A DNA stretch of 64,000 bases from Raillietiella orientalis (lineage: Eukaryota): assembly GCA_036172245.1 (NCBI GenBank), contig JAYWIR010000017.1:1612001-1676000 (forward strand). The letters are read 5' to 3'. The position numbers and the translations under genes were made by a program. Every line of letters starts with the position of its first letter. Positions within the stretch are counted from its first letter, which is position 1. Under the pieces are notes generated by a model that was not told the DNA's origin, ran no database searches, and saw only the letters and a list, made by a program, of their open reading frames with translations. Positions 51,101 through 63,700 of the stretch are shown here, one piece after another.

Positions 51101-52956
51101 AGATGGGTCCTCTCCACAGCATGAGTCACCATGTCTCATAATTTACTGAACAAAGTACAGAAATTTTATATGAATGGAATTGGAATTTTCTAATAACTTC
51201 ATGGTATTTATGGTATAGTAACTAAACTACTAATCTCGCATTAAAATCTATTTACTACTTTAGGTATTCATGGGAACCTGAATAGCCTTTATAACATGCG
51301 TTATTTTAGGTCTAGTGCCTTAATCCAGATTTTCAGTCATGTAGAGATTTTATTTCCTTTACTTGATTATAGAAGAGATTTTTGCTTCAGATTTCCTGTG
51401 CATTTTTGAAGTATCGTACTATGTAAGCAACATTTAGGAAATCCTAGTTTATTTCAGTTTCAAACTGTTGTGCTCCATGTTTGGGGCTTCAAGAAAAACA
51501 AAAATTTTGTAGCTTTCTTCTACTTGGTTGCTGTATTAGGATGGGTTATCTTAGATATATAATTGTTTATATAAATAAAAAAGCAAAACCTCCAGATACG
51601 TTGAATATATTCATAGCCATTAAGATATTACCTTTTTAAAAACAAGATCATATTACAAAATATAAAACCATGAAGAATGAAACAACCATTAATGAAAACT
51701 AACAGAAATAGAAGTTGCAGGATCTCAAAAAACTTACAATCTTACAAACTTACTTGTTACTTATCAAAATCAGTAAAAAAACTGCTCACTGCATTTGAGA
51801 AAAATTCAACTTTTAAACTAAATTTCCGAAGCCTTGTGCAATCCATTGCGTCAAGCAGGATTATTATTGAGAGTTTTAACCGTGGCTAGGAATTAAAACA
51901 AGCCTAAATCAGTTAACTTGCAACAACTTGTCTCAATAAGTTAGAGCTGTTTTTCTGATCTTTCCATAAAATACAGGAATTCTAAATTAAATTTCAGCAG
52001 ACATAACAAAAGTTACTTTGAATGGATTTTGTGGTCAACGAAAATAGATTCTGAAATGCAATTTCTAAAAACCAAAGAACACAAAGTGCTGTGCAATCTT
52101 TATACAACAAATAATAGGTCAAATTAAAATTTCATCACAAGACTCACTTTTAAGATGTATCTATCTTTACAGAGAAAACTTCATCACTATCAAATTAAAA
52201 TTATAGCATATGTGTTGCTAAAGCATTAAATATAGTTTTAAATGTACAAAATGAAGCACTACAATGTATGTAAAACTGTATCTAAAATGAAACACTGAAT
52301 ACGATAAAAATTGTAATTACACTTGTTTCAGGTTTTGAATTTATGTACCCAGGAACCATTGCCAGTGCCCAGAAACCTCATAGTTAAATTTACTTGCAAT
52401 TGGATATGTTGAATTTATTAAGATCTTGGGTGTTAATAATAAATGGCTGTTGTAATTAAACATAAACATAGCAAAGCAAACCAAACATTTTGCCTTCAAA
52501 ACAAATGTCTGCTTATCACAAAAACCATGCATGTTAATGTTGCAACTCATTATTCACTGGCAAATGATGTATAGCAAACTTTCATTTCAAAAAGGTACAC
52601 ATGTATGTGAATGTATATAAACATCAAATGAAGTCTACAGAATAAACCAAAAGCAAATCAAGTGTTATTAGAATATTCCACATAGATCATCATGGAAAAA
52701 TACTTTCATCTTAGAATTATCTTTTGTTTAGGTTCCATGAAATTTCACAGGACACATGCAATTATCAAGTTTGGAACATGCAAACTTCTGGTAGTAGCTT
52801 GATTCCTAATTTTGCAGCAGTACATGTATACATGATTACTTAAACATGAATAGCAAACTTATAAGCACATGTATGGCATAGGATACAAATTCCAAATAGA
52901 TTACAAAGTTTTTTCATGAAAAAATTAAAATCAATTCAATTTAAATATCTCCATGC

Positions 52957-53752
52957 TCATTCTGTGGCTTCAGAGATATAAATAATTTTGGTAAAAACAT
53001 CTAGCCCTTTTGCTGAGGAGAAAGGCTTCAATTGCATTTCATTTGCATCTGCTATTGTTAAAGGATTTGTTTCCTCCCAGCTGTTAGATTTGAAACCTCT
53101 TTCAGGGCTCTGCCATAAGATATCAAAAGAACCTTAAGATAACAAATGAAAGCAAAAAGCGAGAACAAAAAAAGTTACATACAATTTTCCTCTATGACAG
53201 GCAAAATTGATACAGCAGCTATAATTTGCTTGATCACACATTGGAACATATTTGGGTCTTCTTCTTGCTTTTCTCCAATAGTTTTACTATCGATAGTGTT
53301 AATGGCCAACTTAATTTGCTAACTACCTCTTCTTGCTTTCAGTTATCTCAAATTCCCATTGTTCACGTACATCTAATCTCACCAGACTCTGAATAATCAA
53401 CATTACTTTCACAACATCTTTCAGATGATCTACAAAAGTTTACAGAATTATACTAACTTATTATCTTACCATTAATATGTTGGAGAACATCTTTGAGATA
53501 AGACTGGATATCATGTCTACTTATTAACATGATATGCATACCATGTTTTTTGGTACGAATAAATTGTTCAGGTTCATATACACCCCTATGAAACAGAATT
53601 GAATTGATGGCACATTCTGAAAAACAATTTACAAAATAAATACTGAATACAGATACAAAATCAAGAATCATACAGCATTTCAAGTGAAATACCAAACCAA
53701 ACACTTTGATGAAGATAAAACTCTCAGCACCAACTTCAATATTTACATTCAT
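52957..53752 (-). CDS. Mad2-like HORMA-domain protein (divergent), 194 aa
   Basis: Exons 53752-53698, 53616-53470, 53429-53327, 53286-53183 and 53132-52957 (585 nt; GT-AG introns of 81, 40, 40 and 50 nt). Motifs ECAINSILFHRGVY, REQWEFEI, CVIKQIIAAVSILP, CSFDIL, WEE and LKPF align with Mad2 INSILYQRGIY, LERWQFDI, VIRQITATVTFLP, CSFDLL, WEE and LRSF. Confidence 0.88.
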
Positions 53753-55161
53753 TGAATGACCCGAAAAATTGTGATCTTTTTGGATTAGAGATAAAATCGT
53801 GAAAAGAAATCATGTTTATTTTTTAATCTGCCGGAAAGCTGATTTTGCAATAAAACTATTTAGATAAAAAGGAACTGATTAAAAAAACTGAGCAACCTGA
53901 AGTGCAAAATTTTATCTTATAAAACTTATCCACTAAAAATTTTTGCAAACTAAACTGTATATTTCCTTTATTAAAATGTAGTAAACTACACTGCAACAGT
54001 TTACCTTCACACACTACAGAAGACTCACCTAAGAATTCTACTTCCATACATAATGTTGGATTTGCATGTGTATTGGCCATTCATTTGGCTAAAACAAAAA
54101 ATTTGTTGGAAATCAAAAACGCAATTTCAGTAAATCAGGTAACATAGTAAATATCGTACAAATTTTAATTTGGCAAAAGTAGACTGCCAAAGTTAATGAC
54201 TGCTCAAAATATTTGATAAGAATATTTTAAGTTTTTCACACCGACTTTGTGTTTGCCTAATTACCATATATCAGTGGGGATGAATGCTTTAATTCCCTAT
54301 TACTTCAATAACACCTCGTTTTACATTTTAAAGTTATTACTGATACCACAATTTCATTTGCTATAAGAGTGCATCTGACAATTCGCTTGAGGTATTAGCT
54401 TACTCAAACAAACTGTTAGCGGTTAATTTCGGCGTTACGTTTATTCCAAGAATTTCGCGCATTCAATAAAAGAACACGAAACATATATTCAAACACATGA
54501 TCATAACAATTAATGTAACATTCAACAAGAACCCAGAGAATGAATTACAAAAATCCATAATTATACACTATTTAAAAGGCACTTTGATATTTCCCGAGGC
54601 TCAACCCCTAAGGCTCAATCATTTCAACAGCCGGCACCTAGGGATGCCAGCTGTTAAAATGATTTTTTCCTATTTCATATCTATGATTACCATAAAGATT
54701 TGTTTATTAAAAACCACTTTTCTATTGCGTTAAATTAATAATTTTCATAAAATATTTCTTAAGCTAACAAAAAGGGTGCATTTAGAGATTGGAAATGAAC
54801 GTTCGATGAAATAAGTATGCAACAATGCATCCATTATGCCATTCGTCTTTGATTAGATTCATCTATACTTATTAATAGGAACAATTATCAATCGGACCAG
54901 CTTCCGGACTCGGTGCCTTTAGAACCCCTTATTAGTTTAAAGTTCCGTCTTACTGTGGGTTTCGCTTTGAACCCTTACCAAAAGGGATGTTCCAAGCACT
55001 GTTCGTTTTCTCTTTTCCCCAGTCCGACAAGCGGTGCGGTGAATTTATTAAACACACAACAAACAAACAATTACTGTCACTTTGGCGATTTATTAATCAT
55101 CAGTCGTGCCAACGCGGGTAAATCACTGCGTCGTCCTGGCAGTGCACTGCAGTATCTCCAG

Positions 55162-57535
55162 TCAGTGCTTAAGGGTCCAAGATGGTACCCTCCTGCACGC
55201 ACGAGTGCCGGTTTCTTTCTTCAGTCTTTGCAGAACGTCCCGGGCGTTGCATGCGCGGTCCTCCGCCAGCTTAGTCCTCCTGGTGAGGATGCTCCTCAGG
55301 AAGAAGGCGACGATCACCCGCACGGTGGGATTGCAGAAGAGCACGCCGTCTTCGCCCTCGAACAGTTTTCTCAGGATTTCCGGATTCGAGGTGTTGTCCA
55401 ATCCGATGGACCGCCACACCGCTTTCCAGTCCCGGACAATGGTGCGGCAGGTATAGAGATGGAGGTTGTCTTCTGTCGATCCGCAAGCCAAGCACTGGTT
55501 GTCGTAGGGGTTCCCGGTCCAGCGTCGGAGTGTCCTGAAGACAGATTTGCCCGCGTTCACCTTTAGTCCGAGTCCGCCCTCCATGGCCTGCAGGATGTCC
55601 GGGAACGCTTTTTGATCCCGTTCGTTGGACATGACGAATAGAGGATCGTCGCTGTAGACCAGGTGCGTTGTCGTATTTTGTCCTTCTGCTTCCAGATTGA
55701 TGTCCTTGAGCCATCCCTCGCTGGTTACGAGGGCAACCACCGCCTTCATGTGAATGACGAAAAGCATGGGCGTGTCCCTGGCGGACTCCTCTTTCCATGT
55801 CGATATCTTCCGTGGTCACTCGTTCATGTGCAATCGAAAACTGACTCCTTCGAGGGTGAGCTCCACCTACTGCAGGAATTTTCCTTGCAAGCCAAGCTTG
55901 CAAACGATTCTCGCCAGCATGTTGTGGTCTATCGAATCGAAGAACTTCTGGATGTTGGTGAGGCGGAGCACCAGGTCGTTTTCCAGGATGCCGTTGTAAC
56001 CCAGGAGGGCTCGGGCGCACTTGACGTTGTCCTGCATGCGCCTGCCGGGCACGGTCTACGTCTGCGTGAGGGAAACCACCGACTTCAGCATTTTCCTCAG
56101 TCCCAGATCTTCGCCATCCATTTCGCATACGAATTCAGGACGAAGATGGGCCTCCACTGGGTGATGTTGCGGAGGTCCCCGTCGGTCTTGAGGAGCAGCA
56201 TCATCCTGCTTCGGTGGGAGGAGGCGGGCAGTCGTACTTAATTGCAAATGTAATCCAGCAGCTGACGGAACAGGCGCAGGTAGGCGGACACATGCCTTTG
56301 GTAATGCGCGCCGGGCACGCTGTTGGGGCACATTGCTACGTCCTTGCTCAGTCCGTCGAACGCCGCAATGACCTCGTCGGTTGTGAAGCCTTCATTCAGT
56401 TCTTGTGTTTCCTGGGAGGCCAGGCTCTTCACCCTGAGAAGAATCCGTTCTTGGCCTCCGGGGTCCAGGTATCTTTCCTTGAGCAGCTTGGAGTAGTGCT
56501 GCTGGAAGGCAACCACACTTGCTCCGAGGTTCTGTAGTGCTTATCCTGGTAACGGACGTGGAAGATGCCGTTGCCAGGTTTCGCTTTTGTAGCCGTCCGA
56601 TGTCTTTCTTGACGCTCCTGTCGAGGAAGCGCCTCTGGTACTCTTCCCAGCACTCAGAGTGTGAGGGGTGGAGTTGGTGGATCTCCCTGTGGGCTTCCCC
56701 GCGGAGACCCCGGTCGCCGTATTGGAGGTTTGAGAAGGATGAACGGTGTGCTTAAGGTTGTCCCAGTCTTCCACGCGCAAGATGTTCCTCGTGGCCAGGA
56801 TGGTCTCCAAGACGCGCTCGTACAGGGGGAAACGCTCGGGGGCATATGAGTGCCTCCTGGAGCACGGCGTTCAGCTTCCAAGGATTCCTTGACACCATTC
56901 TCCATTTCGACAAGGGTGGTCCGAGATCCCGGTGTTCAGATCCCAGATCCCCTGGATGCGGTTGGTTAGAGTTTCCGAATAGATCATGTCGTCGATGCGC
57001 GTCATGTTCGCCCCCGTGAACAAAATGGCGAGTCCCTCCACCATGTTCAGGTTGGCGCTGTGCACGCCAGTCTCGTCGTGGCGTCTGTCGTCTAGACTGA
57101 CGTTAAAGTCGCCGGTCGATCACGACGACGTCCTTCGGGGTGGTCTTGCTCTTGACTAGATCCACTAGGGCATTCGCGAAGATTTCTTGTTGAGAAGTGG
57201 TCAGTACACGTTCAGCACGAACAGGTGTACGCTTCCGGACCACGTCATCCTCAGGCCCAGAACGCAGCCTGCCCATCCGTGGAACACTTTCAGGATGGTT
57301 GGCGTGAGCGTCTTCTTCACTAGGATGGCGACGTCCATGCGGCTGGTTGAGCTCTGTTTAAGGTGAATGTCCAATTGGAGATCTCTCTCTAGTTCTTCCT
57401 GTGTCACTGGTGTCAGGAAGTGAGTTTCCTGCAGGCAGTAGATGGTCTCCTGCTGCAAGAGCCAGTTCATGTACCTCCTCCTCGTCGAGTTCGTGCATCT
57501 GTTGATGTTTCAGGATGCGAACCCGATCTTCCAGA
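55162..57535 (-). pseudogene. LINE ORF2 (APE endonuclease, RT, C-terminal Cys motif), disrupted
   Basis: S*NIN, YCLQETH, LNVY, GDFN, TRID, ISDH (APE); WRPI, PGRRMQDN, QKFFDSIDH, RGVRQG, YSDD, GLKVNAGKS (RT); CLACGSTEDNLHLYTC. Multiple frameshifts and stops. Confidence 0.9.
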
Positions 57536-57577
57536 TCGACGATAGGAACTGCTCGATTAACGGACGGCTGGGTTCCT

Positions 57578-59051
57578 TCAATAGGTCTTTCTTTTCTTTT
57601 TCGACAGTTGCACCCTGATTTTCTGGGCGCGCCTGTCTCTCTTATTCTGATATCTGCATTGTTTTACTGCTGCTACCTCCCTTCCCTTTGCGCGTTCGCT
57701 CACGCCTCTGCGCTGTTGGGCGCCGGCGGCGACAGTTTTCCTCCCCCTTTTTCCGGAAGAACGAGGGTGAGGCTGACGCAAATCTGGCTGGTGCATCGCC
57801 TCCCGCGGCGGAATCGTCTGTTCTCTCAATTGCTGCAGCAGTTCTTGTTACTGCTGGAATGACTGCCTCTTCTGCTCCTCATTAGCGATGGCGGTAATTT
57901 ATGGAGCGCAGGTCATCAATCTTTGCTTGCAGCTCTTGATTGAAGCCTCCTGCCCGATCTCCCTCGACGGGGTCGGCGTGACTGGGTCTGGTTTGCCTGG
58001 AGTCTCCTCCTGGGTGTTGTTTTTCTGCTTTATCGGAGTCTTCTCGCCCTTTGCGGGGGCTTCTGGCGCTGGAGAGGATATTTGCATCTCCTCCGGTGTA
58101 TCGGCAGAGTTCGTCTTCCTCTGCCTCTGCCTTTCTTCCTAGAAGGCTAGCCACTCGTATTTCTCGCAGTCCTTCCTTTCGTGGTCCCCAGCTTTGCAGA
58201 AATAGCATCGCTTGGAGCGTTCGCACTCTGCGTCCGCGTGCCCGGGTTTGCCGCAGTGCCTGCACCTGCAGTCATGGTAGGTCGCCGCCCTATGGCCAGA
58301 GACCATGCAGATATGGCAAAAGTCCAGCTGCTCCCAGTAGGCTATGCTGACACTGGTCGAGTGGTTACAGATGAGGACGAGGCTTGGTAGTTGCGCGCCT
58401 TTCGTCATCCTGAGCATCAGAAAGGTTTCTCGCCCGAAGCTATCTTCGTGGTAGCCTTTCTCCTGGAGTTGCATAACCTCGCTGTACTTCCGGAAGTGGG
58501 AGAACACGGTTTGAGTCTGTCACCGGATGCAGGCCTGCCAGGTACACCGTCGTCGCCGTGTGCTCCGAAATTCCTCGAAGAGTCCTCCCGCTGATAGACG
58601 GCTCGTTCTCGACAAGATCGTCGATAACATCCTGGTTGTCCGTATACACGGAGAATCCTCCGACGAATGGGGCGATTGCCTTGAAGAACTTAAAATCGAT
58701 TCTTATGAGGTGAATCGCGAGGTAAATGTCGTACACCGCGCTGTTTTTTAATCAGCCCATGGGGAAGGTGACAACGGTCATCTCAGGGCCAAAATTCCTG
58801 AAGTGGCCTGAATTCCTCCTTGATTACACTTCTGACGATAAGTCGTTCCCCGTGAAAGACATGGACTTTGAGGATGAGGCGGAAGCGGCCACGCTCCGGT
58901 ATGACGGCGATGAGGATGCCTTATTTGCTTTCGCAGCAGCAGTTGTCATTGCTTGCTCTGCTGATGGACCTGCTTCCACTTACGTCCACTCTACTTTCTC
59001 CCTCCTCTTGGGGTCTTGGTGGTGGGTTGATCTGGGTGGATTCGGCGCCAT
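57578..59051 (-). pseudogene. LINE ORF1 (gag-like, three CCHC zinc knuckles), disrupted
   Basis: ATG at 59051, an SYRSVA motif, and knuckles CHICMVSGH, CRHCGKPGHADAEC and CYFCKAGDHERKDC. In-frame stops and frameshifts. Confidence 0.85.
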
Positions 59052-60006
59052 AGTTTTTATCTAAAGATTTATAAACACAGCCACTTCATTTGAGAGATTT
59101 TTAGCATTATGTATCCTTCAAAAAGATCTGTGAGGTTCTTTTATTTCAAAGATTCTGTTTCGTCTAAGTCCATAGCTCCATAGTTTCGTCTGAGTCCGTC
59201 CTTTTTATTCGATGGCTGTAATTTAAGTACCTTAGGTCTCATCTTAACAAAAACATGCATCCCTACATGAATGACAAGGCAAGGAATAAGCAAACATTTT
59301 TGCATGAAATGGAAAACATAAAAGAAATTGAAAGCAATGCTTGTAACCAGAAATGATACTATTAAGTGTAAACTCTCTCTTATTCTCTTATAAAAATTCA
59401 AACCTAAACATATTTTTCTATCTTCCAAATACACTTTTGTTTGATATCCCTAACTTGAAGCTACTGGTATGGTTGCTTATTTGACAATGAACCTAACAAA
59501 CTCAGTAGCTTCTTAGTTTCCTTCAAGTAATCAAAATAAAACTTCGTGTCACATGCACTAATGGCGTTCCATTTTGGGAAACCATTAATCTACTTTATGA
59601 ATCTTTAATTTCTGGCTTTCAATCTGCAAAAAATATTTCTGGATTCTTTCATCACGAATCTGTTGATGCAGAATACCACTATAAATTATTCAAAGCACCT
59701 AATATCATACATAATAATGATGGTACAATCCAGAATGTATCAGGATATTATTAGGTCACAGCAAAAACCTTTTTGCTTCAAGCATTTTTTTAAAACTTCA
59801 AGCATTTTTTGAGCAGCTCATTTCAAAAACACATTGATCTTACTGAAGATGTATTTGTTTACTTAGTCAATTATTTATTATCAAGATTTGCAATAATCTT
59901 TTAAAATAATAACAAGTCCATGAATTTAGATTTACCAAATGATTACACTTTCAACTTTTTTCAAACCACTAATTTGTGTCTATTCATGACTTTTTAAATG
60001 AAGAAT

Positions 60007-60758
60007 TCAGGATGCAATAATCCTCTCAATTTGATCACATAAAGAGAATGAATAACTGTTACTTTCATGACATACGTGTTTGATGTTTAGTAAGTTTTCA
60101 ACTAATGAAGCATTATCTTGCTGCAATTGAAGCTGATGTTGGGAGATCCAACTTCTATCATGATTCAGATAATAACTTTCAACAAATTTGTGAGGGCAGC
60201 AAATTCCCCATTCCTAAATAATCACAGTTAATGCAATTAATCAAAAAAATTGATCACCTGTGGACTCAACATAGACCAATACTTTTCTCCAGATGGACGT
60301 TCATATAAATGATAAACATGACCTGGTATCTTCACAAAATTGCAAGCTACATGATGTAGTTCGTATTGAATTCTGGTATCTTCCATTATTCTTCGAGCTT
60401 GATCACACAAAAACTGGGCTTGTTCAGCTATAACAACTAGCTTGTTTGTTGCATTTGCCTTAATAAAATCATCCACCTAAATGCAAAAATGACATCATCA
60501 AGCAATTAAAAACAGACATCAGTCAAAGTTGGATTTTCCAAAAAAAATCTCAATACCTCTCATATTATTTTTCAAAATAAAATCCATGAATGAAATAATG
60601 TATTTAGAACACAAGTTCATTTTCTTTATAACAATGCTGGAAACAATATGGTGTCTCCATTTACTCACACTTTGAATGCTTTCTGCTAATTCTATTAGAT
60701 CAACCTTACTGCAGCTCTTCGACTGAGAATTTATCGGTTTTTGCAAACTCAATGGCAT
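60007..60758 (-). CDS. C1orf50: C1orf50-like / DUF2452 family protein
   Basis: Exons 60758-60669, 60476-60258 and 60213-60007 (GT-AG introns of 192 and 44 nt): [30 protein letters not shown]...LHHVACNFVKIPGHVYHLY...SMLSPQEWG..CPH.F...Y.L.HD.SW. The start may lie in an upstream exon, since an acceptor-like tttag lies just before the ATG. Confidence 0.9.
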
Positions 60759-63700
60759 TGTGGATGCCTAAATGACACAACTGGACAATTGTTGGTGAAG
60801 AGACTTTGCTTCAACAAATGCATAAATCACAACTATCACTTGCTTCCGTGTAAACGAAAATATTTAAATATCCTTAATAAAGATACATTTAGGTAAAGTA
60901 TACAAAGGAAAAACAAAAACACAGAACATCCAAAAACAAATATACCACAAAACTTGCTATCCTAATTGAAAACCAGAGCACTCCATGTTTTTGCTCAATA
61001 CTTGGTGTTCTTAATTGTGCTTAGGTGATTACGGAAGCTTTCAGCGATCGACTCAAGTCGATGCAATTTGGCAATTTATAATAAATTCAAATCAATATTA
61101 ACACTATCACGATTTGTATCGCTTTTTACTTATGCATGATTTTCTCATTACTCATTCAATTAAAATATAAAACCCCAAAGCCAATCAATTTGTTATCTCT
61201 TGAGTTCAAGCAGATGAAAGGCCATATGAAACTTTACTCTCCAAAAATTTCGCCCTAAAGTTTCATTAAATGGTTGCTGATTTAATGCATAATGATTTAA
61301 TGCTCTGATTGCCAGATTTAAGACCTCACTTTCAATCATACAACGCATTTGTAAATCATAAATATCCTTCCATTACATAAAACGATCACTCCATGTAACG
61401 GTAATTACGCTCGTTTGAAAATTCATTTCCATTCATGAACACGATGTTTTGCGAGAATTACTGAGGTCATCTACAAGTTTTTAACCACTCTTCTTCACAG
61501 TTGTTTCAAAGACAACATCACATGTAATTGCACCTGAGGGTAAAATGAGATCTTCAATTTCGTGCATTCTTCAAACATAACACTTCGAAAACGCAAAAAA
61601 TCTGTGAACTCAAAGTAAGGAAACCAAAGAATTTCTTCTAATAGAAGCAACCCTAATATTTACAGTACGAAGTTTGTAAGGCAGAGATTGGTTATTATAA
61701 ATATTCACCATTCAAAAAATCTCGAGTACATAATATCAATCAATTCGTCTATTTCATGCTTTTATACTCATAGATAGTTTATTTTCGAATAATCACAATG
61801 GCAAGTTAAACATAACTTTCAATCCATTACAAGATTCATGGAGAGCTTATTACTCCTATTGAATAAGCAATCAAATAATCGTGAGCTTCAAACTTGTGTT
61901 TAGCATTCTGACAATAAGTGACAAAGAAAATTCAAATACACACACTGGCATTAGTTTCACTATTAATCGAAAACACTGAAACTACGTGATTATTACACAA
62001 AAATATAATCCAATAAAGTATTATACGATTCCGTTTTAATACGCTAATTTGTGTACTCAAAATACCTTTGCTGTCGATAAGAATAAATGTCCTCAGAGAA
62101 CCAGGATTTTTAGATACAAAAAAATTGCAAATTCAGTCTTAGCCAAATTCATTGATGAAAATGAAAGGCAAACCCGCATATATTAAACAGTATCCTCAAA
62201 ATGAGTCATGTACACCAAAAAAAATGGCCTCATAAAATAAAACGACTTAATCTCCGCTCATACAAAAGCATGAATTTTCGGGAAACTTTTGCAGTTATTA
62301 ATCTTAATAATTCAAGTCACTGCTTCTTTTAACATTCCAATAGGAAGCTGTTCATGTTCATGTTCTATAAAAACAATGTCAGAACCACGACTATGGTTGA
62401 CTTCACATTTAAGTTGGTTTCCAGCATATTGCATTCATCTGGGCATTTGAAAAATGATAACTAATTTTCCTCTATATGGACAATTAAATACAACCGAAAA
62501 GTTTAAGCTCAAAAAAAAACTGATAGTCCTTATTTACATTTGTGAAATAATTCATCCCCATTGTAGCAGCTTATAATATCAATTGAACACTTGTAGAGAC
62601 GAGAATACTCTTCGAAAGATGTCAATTTGAGAGCTGGCCCTTTTCTATGTTGTTCTGTTTATGTTTTCAAAAGCTTTTGTTTATTTACTTTTATACGTTG
62701 TCGATGATTTTGTGTGTTTATATATGCAAATTTGAATTTTTCGGATTTGTGTAATCCTCGGTAGACAGAACTAATGTATGCAAACACAAAAGATTTTCAC
62801 CACTCAGTGTATGTTCTGTGCAGTTAGGAATCCATTCGTATCAATTCACATCTGTTCTTCAGTTTTTCAGAGATTCACTTTACGGCGTTTCTTAATGTAT
62901 GATTCTTAATTAATGTGTTGCTATCTTGAAGGATGCAACGAACACTTTCAAATACCGAAATAACCATGAGTCAAGGGAGAGTTGATATGTGTGTTAGTGT
63001 ATTTCAGGTGGTGTGTTGATGAAACAGAACAAATGACTAAAGCGCTCTTAGTAAAGTACTCGTTTTTAGATGAATCTCAAAAAAGTGGGAATATAATTAA
63101 ACGTGTCTAAAATTAGATTAATATATGTTTTGAGTTTGCAAAAGGAGACAACAAGCAGTCCCCCAAAAATAAAAATTTCATAGGATAATAAATGTTATTA
63201 CATGTTCACGGCAATATCACATTTCACATTTCTTAGACACATTTTCACTTTTCTTAGTCTTTTCTTTTCATCTATCCATAAATAATTATTTTGTGATTTA
63301 TGATGAGAGAATTACATGTCTTAGGAAATCTCTAAAGTCATGTGCATATCGCTGAAAATAGTATCCTATTACAACTCCATGTTTGCCCCTCAAATTTAGT
63401 TTTTCAATCATCATTTCATTAATGATTAGTTTACTGAGACTTTCATTGAAAAAACATTTATTTCAAAGGGGTCGTGTAATCTAATGGCTATGCACGAATG
63501 CATTAAGCAAGGAAGGAATGTCCTCTCAATGATATTCGTAGACTTATTCAACTGGAAGTACACCAAATGTTCACCATCACTTGACGTTTTAACCGCATAA
63601 CTTTAAACAAATTTCGAATCAATTCAAGACAGTCTTTTCTCCAGTTAGTCCAGATTCAACATTCTTTGGATATAGAGTCAATAAAAAAAGGAATCGGTAA

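Larger units (their letters stand above)
55057..59066 (-). mobile_element. L1/Tx1-type LINE, full span but degenerate and internally deleted
   Basis: GC-rich block in an AT-rich context, carrying ORF1 and ORF2 remnants. Possible imperfect TSD atttat(t)aaacaca at 55043-55056 and 59067-59079; it is AT-rich, so uncertain. Confidence 0.88.

Noticed and set aside
51160..51562. Exon-like hydrophobic pieces on + (e.g. FQTVVLHVWGFKKNKNFVAFFYLVAVLGWVILDI)
   Set aside because: In-frame stops occur in every joining tried, and hydrophobic ORFs are expected in T-rich DNA.
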